40,168 bases of DNA, taken from Gammaproteobacteria bacterium. Lineage in GTDB: Bacteria > Pseudomonadota > Gammaproteobacteria > GCA-001735895. The notes beneath the pieces are model-generated. The model searched no databases and was not told the origin of the DNA. It saw nothing but the letters and a program-made list of their open reading frames with translations. Each line of letters opens with the position of its first letter. The first letter of the stretch is position 1. Made by a program: the position numbers and the translations under genes. The stretch covers positions 1 through 40,168 of the forward strand of contig JBNKUM010000117.1 of assembly GCA_050298595.1 (NCBI GenBank), in the 5' to 3' direction. This document shows positions 1-9,400 of this stretch, piece after piece.

Positions 1-2109
1 GTCAATGACGATGGCGCTTTGGCCCCAATACAGCTACCCGACAGTGATAACAACGCTATCCCTGATATACGAGATTCAGCTGCAAGTGAAAATACTGGGC
101 CGATTGACATAGGCCTGAATGGTGTAGGTGAATTTAATCCTGACTTACTTGCCCTGTTAGTAGCAGTGGCTGGTTTACGTCGTGTGAAGCTGTTAATCAG
201 TAGCATGCTCTCAATCCTGATGTTGTTTATGTTGCAAGGTGAAGCCCAGGCGCAAAACACAAAGCTGTTGCAACAGGTTGATTATCAGCGGCATTTCTAT
301 ATCGGTGGCGGGATAGGACCTTCAACCTTACAGCCATCCACAGCGCATTCAAAATATACACTTGATAATGGCTCTGATATGGGCTCCCGATTGTATGGTG
401 GCCTGGATCTGAGTGAAAGTGTGAGTGTTGAACTAAGCCTGTCCAATTTAGGAGCGGCCACTTTCCAGCCTTCAGGGAAAGTCGATTACTCGGTCAATGT
501 CGTGAATGTTCTGTATTACCTGTCTAACGAAGGTGAGATAGAGCATGCGGGCATAGTTGCATATATCAAAGCAGGGCTGGGGAAAATGGATATCACGTCA
601 GATATTCCCTATGAAGTGAATAACAACACCCAGATTACCCTGGGTGCTGGTGTGGAATATGCGTGGGCAAATGGCTTTGCGCTACGCGCTGACGCCGAGA
701 GTTTTGATGAAGATGCATCGTTGTTAACGGTTGGTTTACTGTATCGGTTCGGTAAGCAGGGTAAGTCAGCAGCAAAGGATAGCGACAAGGATGGTATCTT
801 TGACTCCAATGACCAATGCCCGCAGACACCTTTTCTGGTAACAGTAGATCACAGAGGGTGTGAGCTTGATAGCGATAAAGATGGTGTTATCGATGATCAG
901 GATTACTGTCCTGGAACTTTAAAAGGAGTCAGAGTAGATGCTAATGGTTGTGCGCTGGATACCGACGAGGATGGCGTAATAGACATCGAAGACCAATGCC
1001 CTGCAACCCCTACTTATACTAAAGTGGATAAAAAAGGCTGCGGTCTCGATACCGATGGCGACGGTGTTTTGAACACACTGGATAAATGTCCTGAAACTAT
1101 AAAAGGGGCTGATGTCAGTGCTGTGGGATGTGCCATTTTTGAAAGCAAAATTGAAGGTGTTAATTTCATACAGGCTTCAGCTGAACTGACGGATGAATCT
1201 AAATCGATTCTGGATAAAACGGCGAATGCATTAATTAAATATCCTTTGGTTCGCGTTGAAGTTCAGGCTCATACCGATAGCTATGGAACTCAAGAAAATA
1301 ATCAGAGATTATCTGACCGACGAGCTAAGAGCGTAGTGAATTATCTTGTATCAAGAGGTGTACCTAAACACAGGCTTGTCGCGAAGGGTTATGGTGAAAC
1401 CAGTCCTATAGTTAGTAACCGTACAGTTGAAGGGAGAGCGCAGAACAGGCGTGTTGAGTTGCGTCTACTTTCAGCAGAAGAAGGTATTGATGCCTTAATC
1501 AAGAACGATATGGTTAATAATCAGGATGCTAAGGATAAGGCTAAGGCTAAGGCTAAGGCCAGATCAGAGGCTAAGGCCAGGGCAGAGGCTAAGGCCAGGG
1601 CAGAGGCTAAGGCCAGGGCAGAGGCTAAGGCCAAGGCAGAGGCTAAGGCCAGAGCAGAGGCTAAGGTCAGGGCAGAGGCTAAGGCCAGGGCAGAGGCTAA
1701 GGCCAGGGCAGAGGCCAGGGCAGAGGCTAAGGCCAGGGCAGAGGCTAAGGCCAGGGCAGAGGCTAAGGCCAGAGCAGAGGCTAAGGTCAGGGCAGAGGCT
1801 AAGGCCAGGGCAGAGGCTAAGGTCAGGGCAGAGGCTAAGGCCAGGGCAGAGGCTAAGGCCAGGGCAGAGGCTAAGGCCAGGGCAGAGGCTAAGGCCAGAG
1901 CAGAGGCTAAGGTCAGGGCAGAGGCTAAGGTCAGGGCAGAGGCTAAGGCCAGAGCAGAGGCTAAGGCCAGGGTCAGGGCAGAGGCCAGGGCCAGGGCCAG
2001 GGCAGAGGCTAAGTCAGAGGCTGAGGTTAATGAAGGGATACAAAAGGTGTGGGAAGAGATTGTCTTGAAAAAGCAACATGGTTTGATGTCTCAAAACCCT
2101 GGCGAATAA
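1..2109 (+). CDS. 5'-partial large surface protein: TSP3-type repeat end, GlyGly-CTERM-like TM, internal signal-peptide-like segment, OmpA-type beta-barrel, TSP3 repeats, OmpA C-terminal PG-binding domain, AEAKAR tail
   Basis: Frame 1 is open from base 1 ([22 protein letters not shown]), so the true start lies upstream. The barrel-like region ends in VGLLYRFG. Cys-containing repeats DSDKDG..D..DQCP follow, then OmpA-C motifs [23 protein letters not shown] and NRRVE. Confidence 0.85.
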   Translation, partial: VNDDGALAPIQLPDSDNNAIPDIRDSAASENTGPIDIGLNGVGEFNPDLLALLVAVAGLRRVKLLISSMLSILMLFMLQGEAQAQNTKLLQQVDYQRHFYIGGGIGPSTLQPSTAHSKYTLDNGSDMGSRLYGGLDLSESVSVELSLSNLGAATFQPSGKVDYSVNVVNVLYYLSNEGEIEHAGIVAYIKAGLGKMDITSDIPYEVNNNTQITLGAGVEYAWANGFALRADAESFDEDASLLTVGLLYRFGKQGKSAAKDSDKDGIFDSNDQCPQTPFLVTVDHRGCELDSDKDGVIDDQDYCPGTLKGVRVDANGCALDTDEDGVIDIEDQCPATPTYTKVDKKGCGLDTDGDGVLNTLDKCPETIKGADVSAVGCAIFESKIEGVNFIQASAELTDESKSILDKTANALIKYPLVRVEVQAHTDSYGTQENNQRLSDRRAKSVVNYLVSRGVPKHRLVAKGYGETSPIVSNRTVEGRAQNRRVELRLLSAEEGIDALIKNDMVNNQDAKDKAKAKAKARSEAKARAEAKARAEAKARAEAKAKAEAKARAEAKVRAEAKARAEAKARAEARAEAKARAEAKARAEAKARAEAKVRAEAKARAEAKVRAEAKARAEAKARAEAKARAEAKARAEAKVRAEAKVRAEAKARAEAKARVRAEARARARAEAKSEAEVNEGIQKVWEEIVLKKQHGLMSQNPGE
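1537..2025 (+). repeat. 18-bp coding tandem repeat (GCAGAGGCTAAGGCCAGG; AEAKAR), about 25 units, preceded by AAGGCT hexamers
   Basis: Directly visible, with minor variants (GTC for GCC, AGA for AGG). Confidence 0.97.
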
Positions 2110-2191
2110 TCGAAGGTCGCGCGAAAAATTACCGGGTTGAATATAACGTTTTTACATTGATTTTCTTGGCTGAAATATTGGCCTCTACTTT

Positions 2192-2219
2192 GGCTGTGCA
2201 TTTATGCACAGCCTTTTTT
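2192..2219 (+). terminator. Rho-independent terminator
   Basis: GGCTGTGCAT-TT-ATGCACAGCC followed by T6. The paralogous copy at 12011 has a compensatory base-pair change. Confidence 0.85.
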
Positions 2220-2280
2220 ATGTCTGACAGGAACTGTAATCGGTGGATTGCTACACAATAAGGAAAAACCCGGTTCTATT

Positions 2281-2331
2281 TAAAACCAGCAATGAGCTGG
2301 CAGCCAGCCAGGATCTTATCACTTTGATGAT
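2281..2331 (-). pseudogene. Relic of a HupE/UreJ 3' end
   Basis: The minus strand reads IIKVIRSWLAASSLLVL, matching IIRVMGSWLAASSFLVL at the C-terminus of the 12095..12685 gene. Confidence 0.7.
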
Positions 2332-2582
2332 ATCGTCCGATGTATGGTTTTCCATGGAAGGTACGCTGCCGGTTGCTCAGTACCTGTCGCAGAGATTTTC
2401 ATTGGCACATATTGTCGATGCTGTGCGCAGGATTATGATCTATGGGGTCTGAGTGATGGATGTTGAATTTGAGTTTGGCTGTATCACAAACGAATAATCC
2501 ATGTTCCGATATTTAGTGAGTATGAAACAAATGTTAAGCCTCTACAAAAGATTCCCTTCATGTGATAGCGGCAATCAATAAG

Positions 2583-4331
2583 CTAATGAGTTTTGTCTAA
2601 AACAGGTATGGTGATTTTGAAAGTTGCGCCAGTTTCTGTTGTCGTTGCGCTGAGGTGACCCTGATAATTTTCTTCAATGATGTTTTTGGCGATATACAAT
2701 CCAAACCCTGAGTCAGCAGCTATTTTATTACTGTAGCCAGGTTTGAATATGTCATTCACAGGTTTTATTTTGATACCACCGCCATTATCCGAAATGTCGA
2801 TATGTAAGGAATCATTTAGTTTGTATAGATGTATGTGGATGAATGGTGATTGTGTTTTCCTTTCTTCGAATATCTCGCGCGAATTATTTAAAATGCTCAA
2901 CAATACGTGCGTCATTTCATATTTACTACCTGACAGGGTAACGTCATCGTCCAGCTGTGTAGTGATTTTAATATTGTGAATTTTGAAGTTCTTTTCAATC
3001 AGCTGAAGAAGATAATTTATGCTTTTACTGGGCTGGAAGGAGGTGGTTGAATGATTAGTACTTAACAGGTTGCCGAACAAATCCACTTTTCTGGCCATAT
3101 TCTCCATAATGTCATGACATTTGTTAGTGATTTGATCGATTTCTTTTTTCTCTTCACTGCTCATCTGGATGCTATGCGCATTTTTTTCGATTAACATGAT
3201 TTGCAGGCTCAACTCATTAAGGGGCTGTTTCCATTGGTGGGTTATATGGTTAATCGATTCTCCAATGTTGTCGAACTGAGTTTTAATTTTTAGTAAGCGT
3301 AAAAGTTTTTTGTTCAGGTTGGAAAATAAAATGTAAACCACCAATGCGATAATGACGATAATTAACGTGACGCCTGAGCATAAAAATATCCAGAAATAAT
3401 CTCGTTGGTTTTCAGTTTGATAAATGAATCCATCCAGTGAAAAATCGTCGGGCAACATCCCAAGCTCAGCATAGGTTTGTGCAATATGTTTCCAGCGTCC
3501 TTCAAACATATAACCCGGACTGATTATTTCGGGTTGCATCAGGCGCTTCATTTTTTCCGCTTCGTAAAGTAAATGATTACGTCCTTTATGACTGGGGTAT
3601 TTTTCCAGTATCATGTCAATGACCTGTTGCGGGTGCTGCATAGCGTATGTCCAGCCGCGTAAACTGGCGGCTCTAAAATCACGCACTCGATCGGGCTGCT
3701 GTTTGATTTGCTGTTCAGAAGTGAACAGGTTGTCACCATAAAAGTCGATCCCTGCCGAGCGGGGCGTTAAGGCGGAATATTCAATATTAAGCTGATTGAG
3801 CAGGTAGGTTTCGTCAGTGTCATAAGCTGAAATGGCTGCTACCTTTCCATCAATAAAATCCTGAATGTTGTGCCTGTCGCGGATGAATTCGATAGCGTCC
3901 AGAGGTATCTGTTCGTGATTGAGATAGGCGATCAATTCATCAGCCAACGGTTCGATCATGACTTTTTTATGTGTCAGATCCTGAACGTTTTGCAGGTCAT
4001 CGGTATGCTGCATTAACAGGAGGTAAGGTGAGTGTTGCATGATGACCGCTAATACAACCACTGGTTTACCTTGATGGCGCTGTAAAAGCAGGCTATTGTT
4101 GCCAACCCCAAACTCTGCATCGCCGCGTAAAACAACTTCTACAGGGTCAGCATCTGGCCTGGCTTGGAGTAGTTCCACATCAAGGCCAATATCTTTATAG
4201 TACCCGAGTTCTTTGGCGGCATAATAGCCTGCAAATTGAAACTGGTGGGTCCATTTTAATTGCAGACGAACTCTTTCTTCAGCCTGGGAAAGTCCACAGA
4301 AAAGCAGTAAAAAGAGGAAAAGGTATTTCAT
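2583..4331 (-). CDS. Sensor histidine kinase with N-terminal NMT1/THI5-like periplasmic binding domain
   Basis: Signal peptide; LQLKWTHQFQFAGYYAA motif; one TM; H-box HQWKQPLN; N-box; DNGGGI; GFGLYIAK. Confidence 0.92.
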   Translation of the reverse strand: MKYLFLFLLLFCGLSQAEERVRLQLKWTHQFQFAGYYAAKELGYYKDIGLDVELLQARPDADPVEVVLRGDAEFGVGNNSLLLQRHQGKPVVVLAVIMQHSPYLLLMQHTDDLQNVQDLTHKKVMIEPLADELIAYLNHEQIPLDAIEFIRDRHNIQDFIDGKVAAISAYDTDETYLLNQLNIEYSALTPRSAGIDFYGDNLFTSEQQIKQQPDRVRDFRAASLRGWTYAMQHPQQVIDMILEKYPSHKGRNHLLYEAEKMKRLMQPEIISPGYMFEGRWKHIAQTYAELGMLPDDFSLDGFIYQTENQRDYFWIFLCSGVTLIIVIIALVVYILFSNLNKKLLRLLKIKTQFDNIGESINHITHQWKQPLNELSLQIMLIEKNAHSIQMSSEEKKEIDQITNKCHDIMENMARKVDLFGNLLSTNHSTTSFQPSKSINYLLQLIEKNFKIHNIKITTQLDDDVTLSGSKYEMTHVLLSILNNSREIFEERKTQSPFIHIHLYKLNDSLHIDISDNGGGIKIKPVNDIFKPGYSNKIAADSGFGLYIAKNIIEENYQGHLSATTTETGATFKITIPVLDKTH

Positions 4332-5033
4332 TCAAGCACAATCTTTAACATCCAGAGCATTTAGAATCCAGCCGCGAGAGGGTTGATTCTTGATCAGGTC
4401 GTATTTGAGTTTTTTACGTAGCTCGCTGATCAGATTTTTAAGTGCGGATTCGGTCATGTCGCCATCGGCCCAGATGGCTTCGAAAAGTTCTGACTTTCCC
4501 ACGATTCGGTTATTTTTATTGAGTAATAATTCAAGCAGCAAGCACTCTTTTTGACCCAGACTGACTTCACGATTATCGACATGCAGCATCTTTTGTAGCG
4601 GGTGGTAAGTGACTTGTTCACACAGCTTGACCGGCCTGACTTTATGTTCCAGCCGTCTGGCTGCGCGAGCTAAAGCTTTATCCAGTTTTTTAAAGCTAAG
4701 CGGCTTGGTGATATAACCATCTATACGTAAATTAGCTGCACGCATCAGGTAGTGATTTTGGCTGTACGCACTCAGTATAATGACTGGAATTTCTGGATCT
4801 AACTGCCGTAAAGAGTCTATGAGAGAAAAGCCATCTTCGCCCGGCATTTCAATATCTGTAATCACAATATCAATAGGTTTTTCTTTAAAAAAAGCTAAAG
4901 CCGCGCAGGTGCTCTCTGCCAGCGTGATGCTTTTAAACACGGAAGAAAATATGCTATAGATTTCGGCGCAGATACGATGGTTATCGTCAACAAATAGCAA
5001 ATTCAGGTTTTTCAGAATCAGTCTGGTATTCAT
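4332..5033 (-). CDS. OmpR/PhoB-family response regulator (REC plus winged helix)
   Basis: LFVDD, ITDIEMP (phospho-Asp), ILSAY, YITKP; C-terminal LKNLISELRKKL..IKNQPSRGW. Abuts the kinase gene. Confidence 0.93.
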   Translation of the reverse strand: MNTRLILKNLNLLFVDDNHRICAEIYSIFSSVFKSITLAESTCAALAFFKEKPIDIVITDIEMPGEDGFSLIDSLRQLDPEIPVIILSAYSQNHYLMRAANLRIDGYITKPLSFKKLDKALARAARRLEHKVRPVKLCEQVTYHPLQKMLHVDNREVSLGQKECLLLELLLNKNNRIVGKSELFEAIWADGDMTESALKNLISELRKKLKYDLIKNQPSRGWILNALDVKDCA

Positions 5034-5164
5034 TCTCTATGTTTTCAGATAAAAGCGTTGTATTAGCTTTAATACACCCTTTGTTAATAAGGTTAGTATA
5101 ATATTGTTAACCTCGGCACGTTTTAAAGATCTCAATCACAGATTCATCAATTTTTTATAAAAAT

Positions 5165-5197
5165 CAGACTTAATTGAGACTTTGTTTAAGTTATAAA
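5165..5197 (+). promoter_or_regulatory. Putative activator-dependent promoter: CAGACT-N5-GAGACT direct repeat, then 10 bp, then TATAAA
   Basis: 11-bp-period repeat ending 10 bp before a -10 hexamer. Same motif and spacing recur at 11916..11948. Confidence 0.55.
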
Positions 5198-5362
5198 AAA
5201 AATCTGAAATAATTTTAGGACGGTTTTTGTATCTTCAAACAGGGCATCGGTGTGAGGCATAGAAGTGTACCTGGATCATTTTGACAAAAGTAATTGTGCA
5301 TTTTTTGAGCGTCACTGACCAGTTTTTAGTTTTTCAGCCAAAAAAATCTCACTTGAATTTAT

Positions 5363-6403
5363 ACCTCGCCAGAAAAATTTGTGGGTAGTTTCTGGTACAG
5401 GTAAACCTCCAAGTGCATGGTACAGCGCGATTTTTAGCGGCAAAAACGTTCTAAATCAATAGGTTTTTCTGGTAGTCAGTTTTGCTTTGTTATTATAACC
5501 TTCAACAATACCACTGGAGAACTGGCCTTTTGCTTTAAACCAGTTCATTAATAAAGTTCTGTGTCTTCTGAGTATCATTGCTACCTTTTTCATTGGCCCT
5601 ATCTATGATTGCATGTTTTTTGTACACCATATATCCAGAAACTCCCCTGCCAATAGGGTGATATGTACTCCCAAAATAACTGGAACTCTTCTTTCAATAA
5701 ATGGTATCGCATCGTTTTCAAATTGTATTGCACTAAATCAGCTAGCTTACTTTCCTCACTCTCATTTAAGTTTTCCGGTCGCTTGAGTAACAGCCAGCGT
5801 GATTTTATTAATACCGGTTCCAGACCTTTTTTCTTAAGTACTTTAGTTACTTGTGCTCGTACTTCATCAATCGCTTTACTCAAATAAGCCATAATGTGAA
5901 AACGATCCAGTATGTACAGGGCATTAACCGCTTTCTTTTTGATGACCTTCAAATAGGGTTTCCACATGTCACTGCAAACATACTCCAGTTGGCTACTACG
6001 CTCCTTTGGCGCTTGCCTTTTGACCAGGGCATCTTTTCGACATGAATACTACAACGCGGACAGTCCACTCGTCTGGGCGCATAGTGTAAAAAGACTTTAA
6101 TACTCCACATGGGGGGCAATCATTTCTGGGCCAGGGCGTATTGTGTCGATACTGTAGGGGTAGATGCCGAAATGATCCGTAAATATCTGAAATACCGGGA
6201 AAAGTTAGAGAGAAATCTTGAGTTAGATTTCGACTGATATTGACTAACAGCGATGACATAGCGAGCCTTCGAGGAGGGCTCGCTAAATACGCCCTTCCAG
6301 GGCGAAACCAAAACCATGTTCTTAGAATGTGGATTCTTTACTTTTTTCCATACGTAAATTCCTTGAGAATATAACATTTACCCAATAATTTTTCTGAAGA
6401 CCC
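5363..6403 (-). mobile_element. Degenerate ISL3-family insertion sequence
   Basis: Imperfect 25-bp terminal inverted repeats at 5363..5387 and 6379..6403 (core CAGAAAAATT..TGGGTA). Transposase fragments YAPRRVDCPRC (Zn finger), CSDMWKPY, ILDRFH and ALYHALGGLPVPETTHKF, with frameshifts and an internal deletion. Confidence 0.85.
6115..6340 (+). mobile_element. tnpA: 3' fragment of an IS200/IS605-family tnpA with right-end hairpins, nested in the ISL3 relic
   Basis: 6121..6237 translates HFWARAYCVDTVGVDAEMIRKYLKYRE, typical of the Y1 transposase C-terminus. Hairpins GAGCCTTC-GAG-GAGGGCTC and CGCCCT-TCC-AGGGCG follow. Confidence 0.8.
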
Positions 6404-6459
6404 TGTTTTATAAGAAATAGCAACCCTGTTGCTGAATATTAACGATGTAAAGGTGATCT

Positions 6460-9400
6460 GTGAAACTGCCCCATTTTTTTCTTATCATGCTCTGGGGCCT
6501 GGCGCTACCTGCCTGGGCTGTTGATATAGCTGGAACCGTCAATACCTATGTGAAAGGGAGCGGGGATGTCGCCGAAGGCGCAACCACGATTAACTATGCG
6601 GGTTCACTGCGCGGTGCTACTACCTCGATCAACTCTGGTGACCAGCTACTGCTTATTCAATCACAGGGCGCGGTCATCGATTCTACCAATACCGATGCCT
6701 ACGGTGATGGGGTCGGTTCGGGTGCCGATATAAGTACTATACCGACCAGTTTGCATGGCACCCCCGGCTATGCAGGAGGCGTGATATCACAAACAGCGGG
6801 AACCTTCGAATACGCGACCGTAGCTTCGGTTGCAGGCTCTCAGATTACCTTAAGTGAAGGACTCAGGCACGCCTACTCAGATACGGGTGAAGCCAACTGG
6901 CAGATTATTGTCGTGCCTGATTACGGGAGTGCAGGTGCTCGTCTGACGGCAAATATTATTCCTGAATCTTGGGATGGTGATACAGGTGGAGTGGTTGCCT
7001 TTAATGCCACTGGTGGGACGATTGACTTCAATGGATTTACCGTTAATGCGGCCGGTGCAGGTTTCCGAGGTGGTGTCGATGGTGATATCAACAAAACGAC
7101 CGATAATATCGCCAATATGGCGTATACGACCGGTGATGCTGATGGTTTTGGTGGCAAAGGTGAAGGTATCGCCGGTACGCCAAGACACGTCTATGATGGT
7201 TCCGCTGTCATTGATGAAACTGTATCGACTTTAGCCGGGGGAGATTATGGCCGTGGTGCTCCGGGTAATGCAGGTGGTGGTGCAGGTCCCCACAACTCCG
7301 GTGGTGGCGGCGGCTCCAATGCCGGTCCTGGTGGTTCTGGTGCACAGGGCTGGGTAGGCGGCACAGCTTTACATTATGCGGGGTATGGCGGCCAATCCAT
7401 CTTTGCCGGTGCCAATATGGGGGGCGGCGGCGGTTCCGGTGATGCCAACGATGGCGGAGTGATCTATGGTGGATTAGGCGGGGGAGTAATTATTTTACGC
7501 GCTGATACCGGCATTGGATCAGGAACACTGAATGTTAGTGGGGCTGATGCACCCGACACACAATTGACTAGCTCATCAGGCAGTGGTGACGGAGCTGGTG
7601 GCGGCGGAGCTGGTGGTACGGTGATCGTATACTTCTCTACAAGCTGTAGTTTGTCAGGTTTGAGTATTGATGCTTCAGGTGGTACGGGGGGGGACGCTTC
7701 TCCTGAGCACGGCGGTGGTGGCGGCGGCGGTGCTGGTCTGGTCGTTGTAAAGAACGCGACGGTAGGGGTTGTTGATGTCAGCGGTGGCTTGAAAGGAGCA
7801 AACGTGGGTGTTAACGGAGTATCAGGTGAACCGGGTGGAGCAGGCATTGTCGATACTGGTGCTGGTGCTTTTATGCGCTTAAATACCGACTATGGGGATG
7901 CCCCCGATACCTATGGAACTATTTCTGGTGCTCTGGGCGCATACCATTATTTTGCTGATTACGATTTAAATGGCGTTCTAGGTACTATGGAACAACTGCG
8001 TCTTGGCGTAAATCTGGACGGTGAGGGCGGTGGTATCCCTGGCAGCAATGCGGATTCGGATGACAGCAACGGTCTTGATGACGAAGATGGTGTTACCGGG
8101 CTTGCTCAGGTCGATCAGCAGGGATCTACTTATACGATTAGTGCTTCCAATATTAGTGTGACCAATACACTGGGCAGTGATGCCACGCTACATGCCTGGA
8201 TAGATTTTGACCAGAATGGAACCTTCGATAGTGATGAATATAGCTCGATTTCCATTGCTAGCGGCCTGACTGAGCAGAATCCCGCCAGCGACTTGATCTG
8301 GACTGCGATGCCGGGTATCGATACGGTTTCACTGGGATCAACTACCTATCTGCGTCTACGTCTGTCTACGGACAGTAGCCTTGACGCATCAAGTGCGACT
8401 GGCGAAGCAGCCAATGGTGAAGTGGAAGATTATGCCATCACGGTATACGACGCGCTTCCAGCTCCGCTAAATGTGACTCGTTCCAATCCAACGTCTAACT
8501 TCACCAATGCGAATCAGTTGGTGTTTGCGGTGACTTTCAGTGAAAACGTGCAAAATGTCGATATTGCTGATTTTTCGGTGTCTGGTGCTGGTGCGACGGC
8601 TGCCAGTGTCAGTGCTGTAAGCGGTAGTGGCAGCAGCTATATGGTGACCGTGGATGTGGCGGATACAGATGGCCAGGTGAATCTGCATATTGCTGCTACC
8701 ACGGGTATACAGGATTTAAGCGGTAATGATCTGGGTACGATTACTCCCAGTGGTAGCGTGGAAACCTATACGCTAGATAACACCGCACCGACTATTAGCC
8801 TGCAGGGAGCTAGTTTGATAGATGTTACTCTTGGCGATAGCTATAGCGATGAGGGAGCGACTGCGCTCGATAATGTGGATGGAAATCTCACCAGTTCTAT
8901 CGTTACCTCAGGGGCGGTGAATACCGCAGCGCCTGGTACCTATACGATTAGCTACAATGTGAGCGATGCTGTAGGTAATGCAGCTACACAAGTGACTAGA
9001 ACGGTTACTGTCACTATAGGACCGGCCGCAGCGAGTACCAGTTTAATAACAGCAAGCCCAACAGCGATTACAGCCGATGGTAGCAGTACCTCTACCATTA
9101 CTGTTCAATTGAAGGACTCCAATGGGAATAATCTTTCAGCTGGTGGAGATGCGGTTGTATTGACAACAAGCGCTGGTAGCCTCAGTGCTGTAACCGATAA
9201 TGGTAACGGATCTTATACCTCTACCTTAACCAGTAGCACCAGTGTGGCAACCGCAAATATCACGGGTAGTGTTAATTCCGCTTCAATTACCGATACAGAA
9301 AGTGTCAGCTTTACTCCTGCCCCTTCAGCAGCCGCAGCGAGTACCAGTTTAATAACAGCAAACCCCACAGCGATTAAAGCCGATGGTAGCAGTACCTCTA

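Noticed and set aside
1526-2068. 180-aa (QRLRPG)n ORF
   Set aside because: Alternate-frame product of the 18-bp repeat inside the OmpA gene.
2340-2560. Possible glycosyltransferase relic (AQDYDLW in one frame)
   Set aside because: A single short motif with no supporting frame; could be chance.
5355-6411. 8-bp target-site duplication for the ISL3 relic (GAATTTAT vs TGTTTTAT)
   Set aside because: Only a partial match in AT-rich DNA.
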